DNA of 62,068 bases, the filler included, from Sphacelaria rigidula (lineage: Eukaryota), in assembly GCA_964200075.2 (NCBI GenBank). It is 6 parts of 6 records of this genome, joined end to end, with 100 filler letters (N's around TTAATTAATTAA, not from the genome) between each part and the next. Parts side by side here need not be neighbours in the genome. Positions count along the whole stretch, not along the records: positions 1 to 10,263 come from CAXNAA020006839.1; positions 10,364 to 20,625 come from CAXNAA020006840.1; 4 more parts are not named here. The stretch is one strand, 5' to 3'. A program made the position numbers and the translations under genes. The notes below the pieces were generated by a model that worked only from the letters and a program-made list of their open reading frames with translations, was not told the origin of the DNA and searched no databases. Shown one piece after another: positions 1 through 12,768 of this stretch. Position 1 is the stretch's first letter. Each line of letters opens with the position of its first letter.

Positions 1-776
1 TTTTTTTTAAAGCCACGTTGCCCCTCGGGGCCCACCCAAAAATCGAGAGGGGACCCTTGCTTCGATTCCCCCCCCCCCCCCCCCCAAAAGTGCATAGTTT
101 GGGGAGGCAAAATTCTCACATAAATTAAAATGGAAAAAACCGAGTACAACGAACAGCTGGGAATTTCCACGCCTGGGTTCGGTTTCGCCAATATCACCCA
201 TATGATGCGCTTCATGCAGCCTAAACCCCCAACATCAGGCGCTGTATGTCCATATTTTTTGCAACACTTTTGGGCTGGTTTTTTTTGGGGGGGTTATCGT
301 AGAAAGTGTAAGGTGACGGGGGGGAGGGGTAGAAGCATATCATCATTGACGAAGATCGACATGCATGAAGTACGACGATATGCCGCCTGATCAAAGCTGC
401 TGCAATTGAAACAAAGCGCAGAATCAGGCTGCGTGATTGAGGCTTGTGCCTTTGTATCTAATTATGGTAGCAAGCTGTCTTGTCGAAGTTTCCGTGCAGT
501 AGTCCAGCTAAGGCGTCGAGTTGAGGCTATTCTATTTGACGTGTGGAATGCAGCAGCAGGTCGTGGTATTGATATTCGAATGATTGTATTGATCAGATGA
601 CCTTGCAGCAATAACAGCCCCTTGCTGTGTACTCAAAAAGATCACCGCCCGCTTGCAGCAACTGGGAAAAAGATGAAGATGTGTTGTAAGTCTTGATTGT
701 TACTATCCACCCGTAGGAGATTGGGTGAAGAGAGGTGAAGGAAGCGAATGAGAGAGTAGGGCGTAGAACACTACCC

Positions 777-1136
777 TGTCACGACTGCCTACAATCCAAA
801 ATCTACAGTCGGCGCAAGATCCGCTATACATTTATCAAAATATATGAACTCGGGACAATGTACTATTCTTCGATCACACGGAACGTCCTGTGATGCCAGC
901 CAGTGGAAGCACTGTTGGATCACTGCTGTTGAGGGATTCCCCAGTCTCACTGGCCTCAGTTTCAGTTGCCAGCCTTTACAACATCCGCATTATTCAGGAG
1001 TGATCTTCCAGGGCACCCACCTAGACACGCCAGGGCATCAACCTAGTGTTCCCGGTCATTATCTAGATCAACACTACCAGCGGTCATTATCCATATCATC
1101 ACTACCAACTCAACGTAACGGCGTATTTTCGTCACA
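777..1136 (-). repeat. 3' LTR of the Gypsy element (~360 bp)
   Basis: Bounded by TGTCACGA (777) and TCGTCACA (1136), an imperfect inverted terminal pair with TG...CA ends. On the - strand it is preceded by a G-rich PPT-like tract (cgcgctttgggggtgc) just downstream of the chromodomain ORF stop. Confidence 0.7.
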
Positions 1137-1210
1137 GCACCCCCAAAGCGCGTTGGACGAAAATAGATCAATAAGCTTGACACATAGAAAACGCCAAAAC
1201 GATGTGTAAG

Positions 1211-1459
1211 TCACAATTGACTACCAAACTCACTCGTAATGCGAGCAGCAACGGCACGAGTCACGCGCAATTTACGCAACCCTTTCGTAAACGATTCCGC
1301 AGCGGCCAAAACAATATCCTTGAAAGCCTCCCACGTACGCTCCCCAACTTCGAAACCAACCAAGTCGACCAACACGATCAACGAACGGCCATCTGCTTCT
1401 GCCACTCGGACAATACCAGCAAGCTGAAATTGCCCCTGATTGAAAGCATGCTGGAACAC
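1211..1459 (-). pseudogene. Chromodomain-like C-terminus of the Gypsy integrase
   Basis: ORF reads FQLAGIVRV...VLVDLVGFEVGERTWEAF, a degenerate chromodomain 'V.W.GF....TWE' pattern directly before the PPT/LTR. Confidence 0.7.
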
Positions 1460-2845
1460 GTCCTTAACGTCAGCCGTAACATTAAGCTGCGAGTCTGCCT
1501 AAAACCGTAAACGAGCTACATGGGCGGTCTGAGCACGACCCGAAACAATGTTCTGAATCTCAAACACGTGCGGGTGGTGAACACCAACCACTCTCCATGG
1601 ACCAACCCAAGTCGCCATCAACTTGGGCGTAACACCCGGAAGACATAGTCACCAACCTCGAAATTCGGCAATTCCAGCCCCAACAAGGACCCCTCACGTC
1701 TACGCGCACGTTCAGCGGCAACACGTTCCTGCACTTGAACGCGGAAACGTTCTTGCAAGTCCAAGACTCCTTGCAACGCACTCTTAATTTGATCATCGTC
1801 CAAAAGATCGCAATTATTCCATTCCCCCGCTGACGAAGACGCCAGCACCGAAAAAGACGCCGAGGGGCACGACCAAACATCACGTGGTACGGCCTACTAT
1901 CGTAATGACGACGATACGCTGTAATAGGCGCCCATGGCACCGCCGGCAACACGTCCACCCACTCGGAAACCGCTCTACGCTGCTCGAGAAGAATAGAGCG
2001 AAGAGCACGAACTACTCCCTTGACCATGCGTTTGCACGTGCCGTTAGACCATGGAGAATACGCTACCGCAAAAACTGGTGATCAACGCGCAAAGCCTCTC
2101 GCAATCGGGCCAAGATCCATTCTTGAAATGCTTGGCGGTATCACTCAGCCACACACGCGGCACCCCCAAAGGTTTGCATCAATTAAGCAAAGATGCAGCG
2201 GCCGATTCAGCAGTACACACTGCTACTGGTTCCAGAGCCACAACGTTGCTCAAATCATCCATGATTACCAAAATGTATCGACAAACCTCGGGAAGCTAGC
2301 GGGCCACTCTCGCCCATGTACAAGAAGTCAAAATGAACGACTTCATTCGGCGTGGTCCCATGGACCGTTTCGCCGAGCGGGCGGAGAACAACATCTCCCG
2401 CCCTCGTGTCAGCACAGTGAAGGCACTGGCCGACAAATTTGCGCACATACGTTTCCATCCCCTGCCAGACACAAAACTCTTGCAAGCGCACGAGTGTCGC
2501 AGCCACACCACGATGCCCGGCGTCGCGCATGTGCGCGCAAATCATCAGACGTACCTGCAACTGCTCGTCAGAGCTCGAAATCCACAAAACGTTTCGGTCA
2601 CGCACATGTACACGAAACAGACCTTCATTGTCCAAGATAGCAGTACCAACGTCCGACTCGAAAGATTGCACATCCATATCTTCGGCCCCAAGGTCTTTTC
2701 GTTGCGCTTGGCGGACAACAGATTTGAACGGCATCGAGGCATGAGGTCCCGACGGATGATACACAGCCACAGCGCGCACAGGCACTTGAATTTCAACTGT
2801 AGGCGCCTGCATGACCAAACTATCCCAATGACACTCAAAATCCAT
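1460..2845 (-). pseudogene. Gypsy integrase (zinc finger plus rve core), frameshifted
   Basis: H-x5-H...C-x2-C (CAHMRDAGHRG...QCLHC), PNEVVHFDFLYMG and WVDVLPAVPWAP..T motifs spread across several frames. Confidence 0.85.
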
Positions 2846-2948
2846 CCGGAAACATTGACACCTGACGATCAGGACGAGGATGGAGCAGCGTCACGGCATG
2901 AGCCACCAGATCCTTCGCTGCCGCTCACCCCTGCAGTCTGCCCCCTGC

Positions 2949-3569
2949 TCACGACGCAGCCTTCTTCAGAAACGTCATATCTGGACTGGACCACCCCGCC
3001 TGCGAATTCCGCAACAACGACACGAGCACCAAAAGAGCCGCCATCCACAACGCCAACCAACTCGACTTCACTGGATCGTACCGCCGCGGCTTCGTCTTCG
3101 CCGCGGACGCCCTAGGGTTTAGCTGAACACGCATGGGCTCCACGCACACAGGGGGATCACCCCGCAGCGCACGACGAAACGCGTTGACGCGGCAATGCAA
3201 TATGCCGCGCAGGCGCTCTGCTTTTGAGACGCTGAGACCTGCCTCCCCAGCATCCGTCACGCTTTTCTCCAGCGCGACCTTCCGAGTGGACTCCTCTTCC
3301 GCCGGAATGTTAAACATCTCTGGGCCATGCTCTACCGAGCGTTCCACCGCCGCATCCCGCTCTTCGGTCGCCTGCCCTCCAGCCTCCTGAAAAGCATCCA
3401 CCGACAAGCTCACGCGACCACTGCCCAAAACGGTGGGCGTCTTCAAGCGCGGACCAGGCGGAGACATCCGTGTCTTCATGGAGTCCCACAACCGCCGAGA
3501 GTTGACTCCACTTTCCTGAAGCATTGGCTATTCCTTGGTTCAGGCACAAGGTAATGGTTTCAGATCTTT
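2949..3569 (-). pseudogene. Gypsy pol fragment (pre-RT linker and RT N-terminus); RT catalytic core and RNase H missing
   Basis: LRGDPP.CVEPMRVQL...KPRRYDP...N....WSSP motif. The frame ends at 2949 and sequence upstream of the integrase follows at once; no YxDD or RNase H seen. Confidence 0.75.
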
Positions 3570-3783
3570 TATTGAAGAACACCCAAGTTCTACTATAACT
3601 TGGGAGAGTGCTGATGAGATGGAGGTAGATGAAATGAGAATGAAGAAGGCAGGCGGACTGCTCCGCTGCTCTCAGCTGTACTGAACCACATTTGCACACA
3701 CTTGACTGTCGGTACTCGTACGTCACCCCGACCCCCGGTTCTAGGTAGATCCAGCATTACTGGGTATCTGAATCACTCGAACA
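3570..3783 (-). repeat. 3' LTR of the Copia element (~214 bp)
   Basis: On - strand it begins TGTTCGAG immediately after the PPT (tcagggggag, 3784-3793) and ends ...TTCAATA at 3570 (CA changed to TA), where Gypsy coding sequence begins. Confidence 0.7.
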
Positions 3784-4095
3784 CTCCCCCTGATCGGATA
3801 CCTCAGCACTCAAAGCTCAAACAAACAAATTAAGGAGGAAACTCGGCCTTCCGAGCAAAGCCCCCGTATCACACAAACTCCACCGCTTGTGCTCAAAACA
3901 AACAACCCTTTTTCGCAGACGCCCAGGCCAGGGCACCTGTACTGAACAACGGGAAACGAACGCCCTACAAACCCATGACCCACAAAGTAGCGTGAGCGGC
4001 TTCACCTGATGTAAGTGCAGATGCATTACGGAAACCATGACCTGAAACATCTAGAGCTGACAAATCGAAGGACACACACAAAACAAAATATGTGT

Positions 4096-5560
4096 CTACT
4101 CGCTGTCCCCAGTGTTCATCAAGGCGCGACGGTGCCTGTTGAACAGCGTGAATGGGAGCGGCTTTGTAAGAATATCGGCGTGTTGCCACGCCGAATCCAC
4201 ATGAACAATCCTTACTGCTCCCGTCCTAACCAAGTCCCTAATAAAATGCCACCTCACGTCGATGTGCTTACTTTGACCTGAGCTGAGAGGGTTGTCGACT
4301 AGAGCTTTAGCCCCCTCATTGTCTTCATAGAGAACAATATCGTATTTTACTTGTTGTCCCAACACGATCTTCGGTCGTAGGAAAGACAGTACCGACCTGA
4401 CAAACATGCATTCCTTCGCCCCTTCCGCCATGGCCACGTACTCGGCCTCGGTGGTTGACAGGGTAACGCAGTGTTGCGTTCGACTGGTGCTTGATACTGC
4501 TATTCCCCCGTACATGACAGCTACACCGGAAACTGACCGCCGGTCTGTATCTTTCTTCGCGTAATCAGCATCACAATAAACTGTGAGCTTACTCTCCCCT
4601 GAATTAAAAGTAAGACCGTAGTTCTGGTCGTGTTGAGGTAGGCCAGAACTTTCAACACCCCTCGCCAGTGTCTTTCACATGAGTCATGTGATTGTCGGGC
4701 CAGGTCTCGGGCTGCATTTGCTATGTCAGGCCTGGTTACCCCAGCTAACCGCATCAAACCTCCCACGGCACTCCGGTATGTTCTATCTAAAACCTTGTCG
4801 CTTTGCTTCACCGGTCCCAAATCTGCAGACACTGATGCGGGAATATCAGAAAATTCCGTAACCTCGAAACGCTTCAGCATGGNNNNNNNNNCATGGTGTC
4901 GACAAAGGTCGTCTGATTCACGAACATGATACCTATTTTCCAATTCCTCTCTATGGCACACCCCATATACCACTGGACTTGACCTAAGTTGTTGGTCGGG
5001 AATCTGTTGTTGAGGATATTACATACCCTCTCCACTCTTTTCGATTCTCCCCCAATTAGAATGTCGTCCACATGCACCACAAGTATGACATACACTTTCC
5101 CCCCTTCCTCCAGTCTGTACACACACGGGTCAGCCTCACTTCGCGACATTTTTACATCCCCCATCAGTGTTTTGTTCAGGAGGAGGGACCATCGCATTCC
5201 TGCTTGTTTTACTCCGTATATAGATTTTTCCAGCCTAACCGTGCTGCCTGTTAGGGGGCCACACCCTTCTGGGAGCTTCATGAACACGTTCGTGTCCATT
5301 TTGGCTCGTACAAAAGCCTGGGTAACGTCGAAGTGATAGAGTGGCCATCCTCTCTGTACTGCCACAGCCATGACCAACTATATTGATGTCATGGCCGGGG
5401 TGGCTGCAAACGTCTCAAAATAATCCACCGCGAATCTCCGACCAAACCCGCGCGCCACTAATCAAGCTTTGGCTTTAGTTACAGTACCATTAGCGTCGGT
5501 TTTCCAAGTGAACACCCATTTGGCTGTGATTATGTTTACTTCTTGTGGAATTTCTCATTT
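4096..5560 (-). pseudogene. Copia reverse transcriptase and RNase H, frameshifted
   Basis: ORFs 4874-5377 (VHVDD), 4521-4973 (TRPDIANA, HWRGVLKVLAYL) and 4096-4515 (RNase H motifs). Confidence 0.92.
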
Positions 5561-6599
5561 TGAGAATGTACCTGCGGTTTCATGCCATGTAGTTCTGCAC
5601 GCATGTCACTCAACCATATTTCCTTGTATTCCGACGTTTCTATGTCTTCTACTGTTTCGGGGGGAGTTTCCACATCTCTCACGTGCAGACCGGCGGGGTA
5701 ACGCAAACCAAAACTGGGCTCCTCCTCCGTCCCATTTTCAGCTGAAAAACAAAAGTACTCCTGCTCCGCAAAGGTCTCTTCGATCAGCATGGCCGCGCTG
5801 CCTCCCACCTCTGGTCCGGCTGCTGCAGTGATCAGCTCCGTCACCTAGCACTTATCCTCTGCCATCCCATACAGCAGTCTCCACTTGAGCTCTCGCCTGG
5901 CCTCGCAGCGCGTGAAGGAAAATCTCGTTTCTTTCCCTCGCCATCATTCTGTCCAGTTCATTTTCTGCCGCCGTTGCTAGCTCGTTTTGGTCGGCTGCCG
6001 CTCTCGTCGCACTGCGCGTGCGACCTGCCATTTGTGGAGGCAGAGACAATTCATCGTCGAGTGCAAGACGGCATAGCTCCATCCTTGGGATTTCGGGAGC
6101 TCCACCGCCCCCCCCGTCGTTGCGCTCGGGGGTGTCTACGGTTGTTGGTGTTGTTGCTGTCGACGGCGGCGGCGGCGGCGGCGGCGGCGATGTTGCTGTC
6201 GGCGGCGATATGGCTGTTGGCGGCGATGTGGGGGGCGCTGATCCCCCGTCATCAATGAGATGTCGGACAGGGTTGCGTAAAATCCCGCGTCCCCCCCCGC
6301 TTCTAGAAGGAAGCGGCGAGGTCATCTCACCCCCCCGCCAACAGCGGGGGTCTGTTGTGCCGCTTCTGCGTCTAGCTCTGGGTTGGGGAGCGAGAACGAG
6401 ACGTGCCGTGAACCGCGGGGCGAAGCACGTGCCGCCGGAGTTTGTCGATCCGCGGACTCGCTGCCGGCCGTCCCTCCCTCGATCTTGTCATCCCTCGCTC
6501 CGTCGGGCGTCAGGATCGCTTGCTGTGGGGCAGGGAGAGGAGTAGCGGGGACATACGCCCATGTTACGTGCCTGGTCGTAATAGTTTGTCCTGTTTCCG

Positions 6600-7860
6600 T
6601 CATCACTCTCATAGCATCGCGCGGGTATCCTGGAGCTGGGCTAAGGTACCAGCACCTCTGAGCTTTTCGTTGAAACTTGTCTGTTCTCTGAACTCTACAA
6701 AATCCTGGCTTTAGAAAAGGAAGGAGGTTGTTTTCCGGTGGTGCTCCGTGTCACGTTTCGTGTGGCGTCTTGTTTCCCGGGTTAATCGAGATCGCAGTAC
6801 AGTTCAACGCATGGCATGCCCAGTTAGCCTGTTCCACCCACAGGTTTTTGCTAGTTGGGATGTTCTGGTTCGGGTACATCTCCGATGCCTGAATTTTGGC
6901 TGCAAGGCCGGCCGCCTCTATGATGCCAGTTGTACGCTCCGCTACGCCGTTGAACTGTGGGGAGTCAGCAGTTGTTTTCTCTTGTTATATTTTCTCTCTA
7001 TCACATAGCTCCTCGAACACCCCCTCCGAAACTTCACCTCCACCATCACTGCGGACCTTCTCGGTTTTTCGCGGGTGAATTTTTGCGATGTATTTACTAA
7101 AGTACTGTACAGACTCGTCCTTTGTGCGCATAAAAAACAATCTAGTGTGCCGCGAGCAATCATCGCGTACTGTCATCATGTACGACTTTCCTCCCCGAGA
7201 CCTAACTGGTTTTGGGCCTGTGAGATCAACACTCTGGAAGCTGGCTCAACTGCTCGTGTATGAGTCGATCTTGGGATGGGCTGCCGAAGTCCCTTTCCTT
7301 CCGGGCATCCTCGGCACGGTCTCAACTCGCCCCTCAGCTCCACTCCGAGCTGCTTTGCGGTCCGCCGGAGCAGGCCCTCGTGAACATGCGCGTGTTTGCA
7401 ATGGAAATCGTTTATGTCTTCAACTTGGGGGTTGGGAGGTTTTCCCGGGGCAATCACAGCGCATGCTGACGCATGCTTGTCATGACCATTTGGAAAGATG
7501 CGGTGGGCGTACATTAATAGTTGTCTCTGTTGACCGGGGATCTTCAGGGTATTGCCTGACTTCAACTCAACCTGGAATCGATCACTAGACCCAATGTAGG
7601 TGCGACCCGCGTTGGACATCCTGGTCAGTGACAACAGATGGTGACGGACACAAGGTGCGTGGTCTACATTTTTCAAGTGTAAGACTATATCGCGTCCGTC
7701 AGATCGTAAAGATAGAGCCAGGTTACCTCTTCCTACGATGGGGTAGGTACCACCGCCCGCGCACGGTAGTACCCCTCCTCTGCATTTTCTATAATCCGTC
7801 ATCATACTTGAATCTGGAGAAAAAAGCGATGTGGCCCCCGTGTCAAGTACCCATGGTTCT
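6600..7860 (-). pseudogene. Copia protease, pre-integrase and integrase, frameshifted
   Basis: WVLDTGAT; 7176-7805 ORF with LLSL and HHCC; 6985-7179 ORF DDCSR...VRSDGGGE. Confidence 0.85.
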
Positions 7861-10099
7861 TCCCCATCTGACTGTACTACACCCCCCTTCCCAGTTGCAA
7901 ACGCATACTCGCCTGGGGTTGACCTCGTCCATCGTCATGTCGAGGCTGGCGAACGCTTCTGCATCAGCATCCGAACAGACGGAGTCGTCGTCCACCACGT
8001 CTTCCGCCACGCCCATCACAATCGCCGCGTCCTCCACAGTCGCCGCGTCCTCTACAGTACTCTGACAGTCAATCAAACTATGCCCTCTCTTCGCGCACCG
8101 AACACAACGCCTGTCTGGACTGTCTCTCGCCCGATGTGTGGTCATCTTCTCATAAACGTGGCACCTCCACGGCGTCGCAGCCCCCGACTGGTTGGTTCTC
8201 TGACGATGAAGCCTGCGACTGATTGTTTTTGCCCTGCCCCCCGTCACCTGTGCGATCTGGGTTTGGGGTCTTTCCCGGCTTACCTTTCCGGTGTGGACCG
8301 GTACATTTTCCGGGATGGCCCTTGACAGCAAGGGCCTGGTCGCCCGGGGAAGCCTTCTTTCCCTTGGCGAGTTCCTGCTTGAAAAGTGCCGATTGGAAAC
8401 GTTTTCGAACCGACGTCACTATGACTTCCCTCGTGAGTGGACCTTCGTGCTCCCCCAACGCCTGTTTCTCTGTTCCGCCTTCGGGAAATCTTCACGCCGG
8501 GACCCCCGGAAGCTGGCAGACCCCGGAGAAACGTTGAGACATTGTCAACAACACATATTTGCCATTTGGAACGCCAACACCTACGGAACTGCCAAGTCTG
8601 AGGGCGACCGGAGCTTTTTTACGACAGATATAAGGGAAACCTTGCAAATCCGACGACGCCAAAACCCTCCATCACCGGAGAACCACGACTTGGCGCGTAG
8701 CTCGATCCCATAGTAAAACCGCTGTCAAATATGTTCTTCTCTCAGATTCCCGAGCTGAAGACGATCACGCCGATTTCAAGTATGTGGAAATTGGGAAGCG
8801 ATTGAATCGAGAATACTTGTTTTTCAGTTTCAGAACAATTTGAAGGGCGCTGATTGGTCGAGGTACCTTTTCGCCACTAACAAGCAAAAATCCGGCTATG
8901 TCACCCTCTTCGTTCGTTCACGGGGGTCAGTATGATGCCATGTGCGCGACCGTTGGGTAGGCATTGCGGAACGCATTTTCTGGTAACACAATTGTGGATA
9001 AACGTGAACCAGCGCGTACGATTACACTGTCACGCCGGGGGTTAGTGTCACGTTTCCCCCTACCTCCCCAAAATGAAGACGCGACGGAGTCTAAGAAGTG
9101 TACAGAAGGTTGTATAGCAACTAAAGCGATACACAGCTGGAGTATATGCCTAAAGCTACCTTCTAATCGCGGTCTGGCTCAATTCCACCCAGTAGAGCTC
9201 ACAAACCAGCGATGGATACCCCCCAAAAAGTTGTAATTATTTGTACAAGCAAAAAAGTCATTTTCCAACATTCCCGTCCTTCACGCGACAGAAGATTACT
9301 CACTACTGACGAATGTCATGAAGTCGAAACTCTATAGGCAGGTACTAATAGACACTAGCCGTCGTTCAAGCCCTGGCAGACTTCAATTGAGTGTCGAGAC
9401 TGCAATATCTGCAGTAGATGCTCTTCGCTTCACCCCAACTTTCAATGTTTTTACAAGAGTGTTGGCCGCGAAGAAGTGGAGGACTGGTAGGTACACGTTT
9501 CATCTACACAGAGCAATTTGATTTGTGTCGATAGCTGCCGTGTGCGTCGAGATATTGCCATCTCGGCGAGGGATGTTACAACATGTGAGGTGCGGCGTGA
9601 AAACCTATCGGGTCACATGTGATATCCACGTTGAACAGGTAGTCATTGCGCCGCGTCCACCTGGTTTGTTGCGTGGGGATGATTTTCTCCGGCAAGCATA
9701 CACGCAACAATTAACATAGCCCGCCAGTGGGAAAGACGTTCCAGATATGTGCCAATCATTGTCCAGGGGCGGCGCATGAAGCGTGCTTACGGGATCGCCG
9801 CGCAAGGTATAAATGCACACTCACGGTCTGCCGATTCCTTGTGTCGTCAGTGATACTGTAAGCTATCGGAAACAAAGAGAGATACCGCGGAAATAGTGTC
9901 AGAGTTTGCTTCGAAGCATAGGTAGTCACATCGATTGTCCGGTGTGATGGGGACCGAAGTTTGGTGGGCAGTAATGAAGGGTTAGGGACGAAGAACATCA
10001 TCCGATGTCCCTCCAGCGTGCAGCACTTGGAACCACTGTTTTGCGACATGGAGGATGGATTTACGTGTTCCATTTTTATCACGTACCCCCCCCCCCATC

Positions 10100-10185
10100 A
10101 CCTGCTCCGTCTAGAAAGGGATGCGTGGTCAATGGTCAAACGACTAAGGCAAGCAAAAAATGAGTACGCCCCCCTCCCCCCCCCC
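10100..10185 (+). repeat. ~90-bp dispersed repeat (copies 10100-10185, 32265-32342, inverted 45715-45800)
   Basis: Shared core gctccgtct.ga.agggatgcgt.gtc.a.ggtcaaacgactaaggcaagca..aaatgagta.gccc, flanked by C tracts. Confidence 0.8.
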
Positions 10186-10263
10186 CCCAGAACACACAAA
10201 CAAAACACCCAAAAAATCAAAACATCGAGCTTCCAATCTCAATCTTAAACAGCAAACGAAAGA

Positions 10264-10363
10264 NNNNNNNNNNNNNNNNNNNNNNNNNNNNNNNNNNNNN
10301 NNNNNNNTTAATTAATTAANNNNNNNNNNNNNNNNNNNNNNNNNNNNNNNNNNNNNNNNNNNN
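10264..10363. other. Artificial contig linker N44-TTAATTAATTAA-N44 (also 20626-20725, 30987-31086, 41348-41447, 51709-51808)
   Basis: Five identical 100-bp spacers with stops in all six frames. The segments between them never increase in length (10263 down to 10260). Confidence 0.98.
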
Positions 10364-11569
10364 TACGGTGAACACAACTAACATATATATGTTGTGTTAA
10401 TCTGTTGCACTTTTGGTAGCACAGGTAACGCATGTTATGTTAACCACTGATGTATCGTAAAACACAAGTAACACATGTTATAGCTAAGGTGTGACTTGAG
10501 AGTAACTTAGCACAAATTGCTAGGTACTACGTTATCCGAGGTGTGGAATATTGTTCCATTTCTTCACGTACTGATAGCTATTGACAACTGCTACACGCCA
10601 TAGAAATTTGGATTTCGATCACCGAAATGTTGGGGTCAAAGGTGAAAAACCAATTTCGGAACCATTTTGGCGTCCGCTCGGACACCCGGAATCCCCCAAA
10701 ATTGTTTTTTTCACCTAAGACGCTTCGGTGATCGAAGTACGAGTGTTTGTGGCGTGCAGCACTTGTCAAAAGCTATCAGTAGGTGGAGAAATGGAACAAT
10801 ATTTCGAAGATTTGGTGTAGATACGAAAATTTTAATCCTCCGGGTTTCTCATCCCCAATAAAAGATCCACCCCCAATTTGTAAGATCCCGTGTAACTAGA
10901 GGCGTCAGATGTGCGGCCCGCAGAGACGCTCAATTTTACGCAATACCTACCCGACTACCCGTCCACTCGATTACCCAATGATGAGTGGCGCATTGTACTG
11001 AAGAAACTGGTATCGAAGAGGATGCGAAGTATTGAAATTTCACGAAGTGAAGTGATTCGGGTAGAGCATTCAGGTCATACCCAAGTGATACTCTCATACC
11101 CAGGTGTTGTTAAGAGTACTTACCCAAGATTGGATAGAGTATATTTGAGGACGTACTCATTCTACTCAAAGTTTAGGTAAAGTATTTGAGGCCGTACCTT
11201 ATCTACCCAAACGTTGGGTAGAGTAAATACCTGGGTATTTCACCCGAGTATTCCAAAGTAAATACCCTACCCGACCTGCCCTTGAAGCTTCTGTTTTGCA
11301 TCATACAAAATCAATGTCGGGGGGTGAGTGTAGTCGTACACAACAACGTTTTCGTAGGATTGAGAATAAAGCGCTGATTGAGAGTGGCTTTGATACTTCG
11401 CTGTAACTTAGCCAACTTTTATTCCGTGTGTGCTTTTCTTTGCCTCCATCACAGGTGTGTGCTTACAGCTACACGTCCATACCCTACTTGGGGATATCAA
11501 GGGCCTCAGTGGCAAGCTACTACGGAAAGCATATCGGGCGTCGGGGAGGGGCATTTCGGAACTGAAACG

Positions 11570-11642
11570 ATTCATTCACTAATTGACCGCTTTTCACTCT
11601 CGATCGTATCCTCTACTCTTAACCTCACGAAAACACTGTTAC
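11570..11642 (+). repeat. Dispersed repeat fragment, second copy at 20726-20800 (contig start)
   Basis: gattcattcact(a/g)attgaccgcttttcactctc...ctcacgaaaacactgtt is nearly identical in both places. Confidence 0.85.
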
Positions 11643-12041
11643 ACGTGGAGATGCAAGGTTGAGGCAAGACTCCGCCCCGTGGCACTTTGTGCCAGCAACA
11701 TGGGCTGCATTTAATCGCATGGTGTACGACAGAGGAGGGGACTGTAGTAAAGCGTAGGCTCTGGGGGTATTTTTTCACCGACTCCTGTTTCATCCAACGA
11801 AATAGGTAAAGAAAGTGCCAACGTGCCAAATAATTCGTGTTTCAGATTCACGATAGCGATTCTACCAGCTCCCGCTCAGCAATCATGCGGTCGAGTAGAA
11901 ACTTCTTGCTTCACCCCATGAGGAGAAGGGGAGAGTTACACTATAAATGATATGGTGCCAATAGCAACTGAGCTTGGACCCTTCAATATGTACGGCACCT
12001 ATCTCAACACGAAAACCACCCTCGGCCAGGACAGCGAGCTC

Positions 12042-12556
12042 TACGGAAGGGTGTATCTGACTTCGGACGTCACTTAATCGGGATTGTTATCGCGGACAAT
12101 TTCCATCTCCACTCAAAAGTGCAAAATTCGATAGATAGTGGTGAAACGAGAAACTTGTTCTCGGGACAAAATCTCCAGCTTTGAGTTGTCGGAACAATAC
12201 GGAGTAAAACCCCGTTTATCGAGGGGGTGTTATTGATCTTATACGGTCCAAAAACACGGTTTACGGCCGTAGCGCGATGATTAGCTAGAAATTAAAATGC
12301 AATACGATTGTCCACCAGAACGATCAACATTGAATTGAACAACGTAGTCGCAAGACTCTCACTGACAGGTTTTTCCCGGAGGCCGTTTAATACACATCGC
12401 AGAAACAAATTTCCTCTCGACATTTGTGGCGGATGCTTTCATCTCCCGATCTCCGAATATTGGAATCAAATGTCCACTGCCATGAATGATAACTACAAAA
12501 ACTGAAAAAAAAACGCTTCCAGGCAAAGTTTCCCAACTCAGATGCATCCTGTTGTA
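12042..12556. mobile_element. Putative non-autonomous TIR element (MITE)
   Basis: agggtgtatctgacttcgga (~12048) vs reverse complement of the right end aggatgcatctgagttggga (~12550), 16/20 match; no coding content. Confidence 0.45.
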
Positions 12557-12768
12557 CTGTATCCCGACAAAAAGAGCTTTTCATGTATGTACCTACAGCA
12601 CCAGGGTTTCAACCGGTCCGTCTCTGAAGCTACTCTGTTGGAAACGAACGTAAAAACACCACAATTCACTCGACTGAACGGTATCTATCTGACCATCACG
12701 TAACCACGTACTGCGCCGCTAAGTTACACCGGCTGCACATGCCTGTGCCTGTAGCAAACACTCGACAT

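Larger units (their letters stand above)
777..3569 (-). mobile_element. Degenerate Ty3/Gypsy LTR retrotransposon with chromodomain; internally deleted and cut off at 3569 by the Copia LTR
   Basis: Order on - strand: RT N-terminal part (2949-3524, FRRALRGDPPVCVEPMRV...KPRRYDP...WSSP), integrase zinc finger (2255-2845, HMRDAGHRG...CLHC), integrase core (1560-2250, WVDVLPAV..YHVMFGR), chromodomain-like ORF (1211-1459), then LTR. Frameshifts throughout. Confidence 0.9.
3570..8712 (-). mobile_element. Degenerate Ty1/Copia LTR retrotransposon, 5'-truncated (no 5' LTR found)
   Basis: On - strand: gag with Zn knuckle (CVRCAKRGHSLIDC), protease WVLDTGAT (~7830-7853), pre-integrase HHCC (FHCKHAH...PCRGC), integrase (VRSDGGGE; TPQFNGVAER), RT (FDVTQAFV, LEKSIYGVKQA, VHVDDIL), RNase H (STTEAEYVA, YEDNEGA, KHIDVRWHFIRD, QHADILTKPL), PPT and LTR. 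Confidence 0.95.

Noticed and set aside
2020..3122. Long + strand ORFs (206 and 260 aa)
   Set aside because: Antisense to the Gypsy integrase; no independent motifs.
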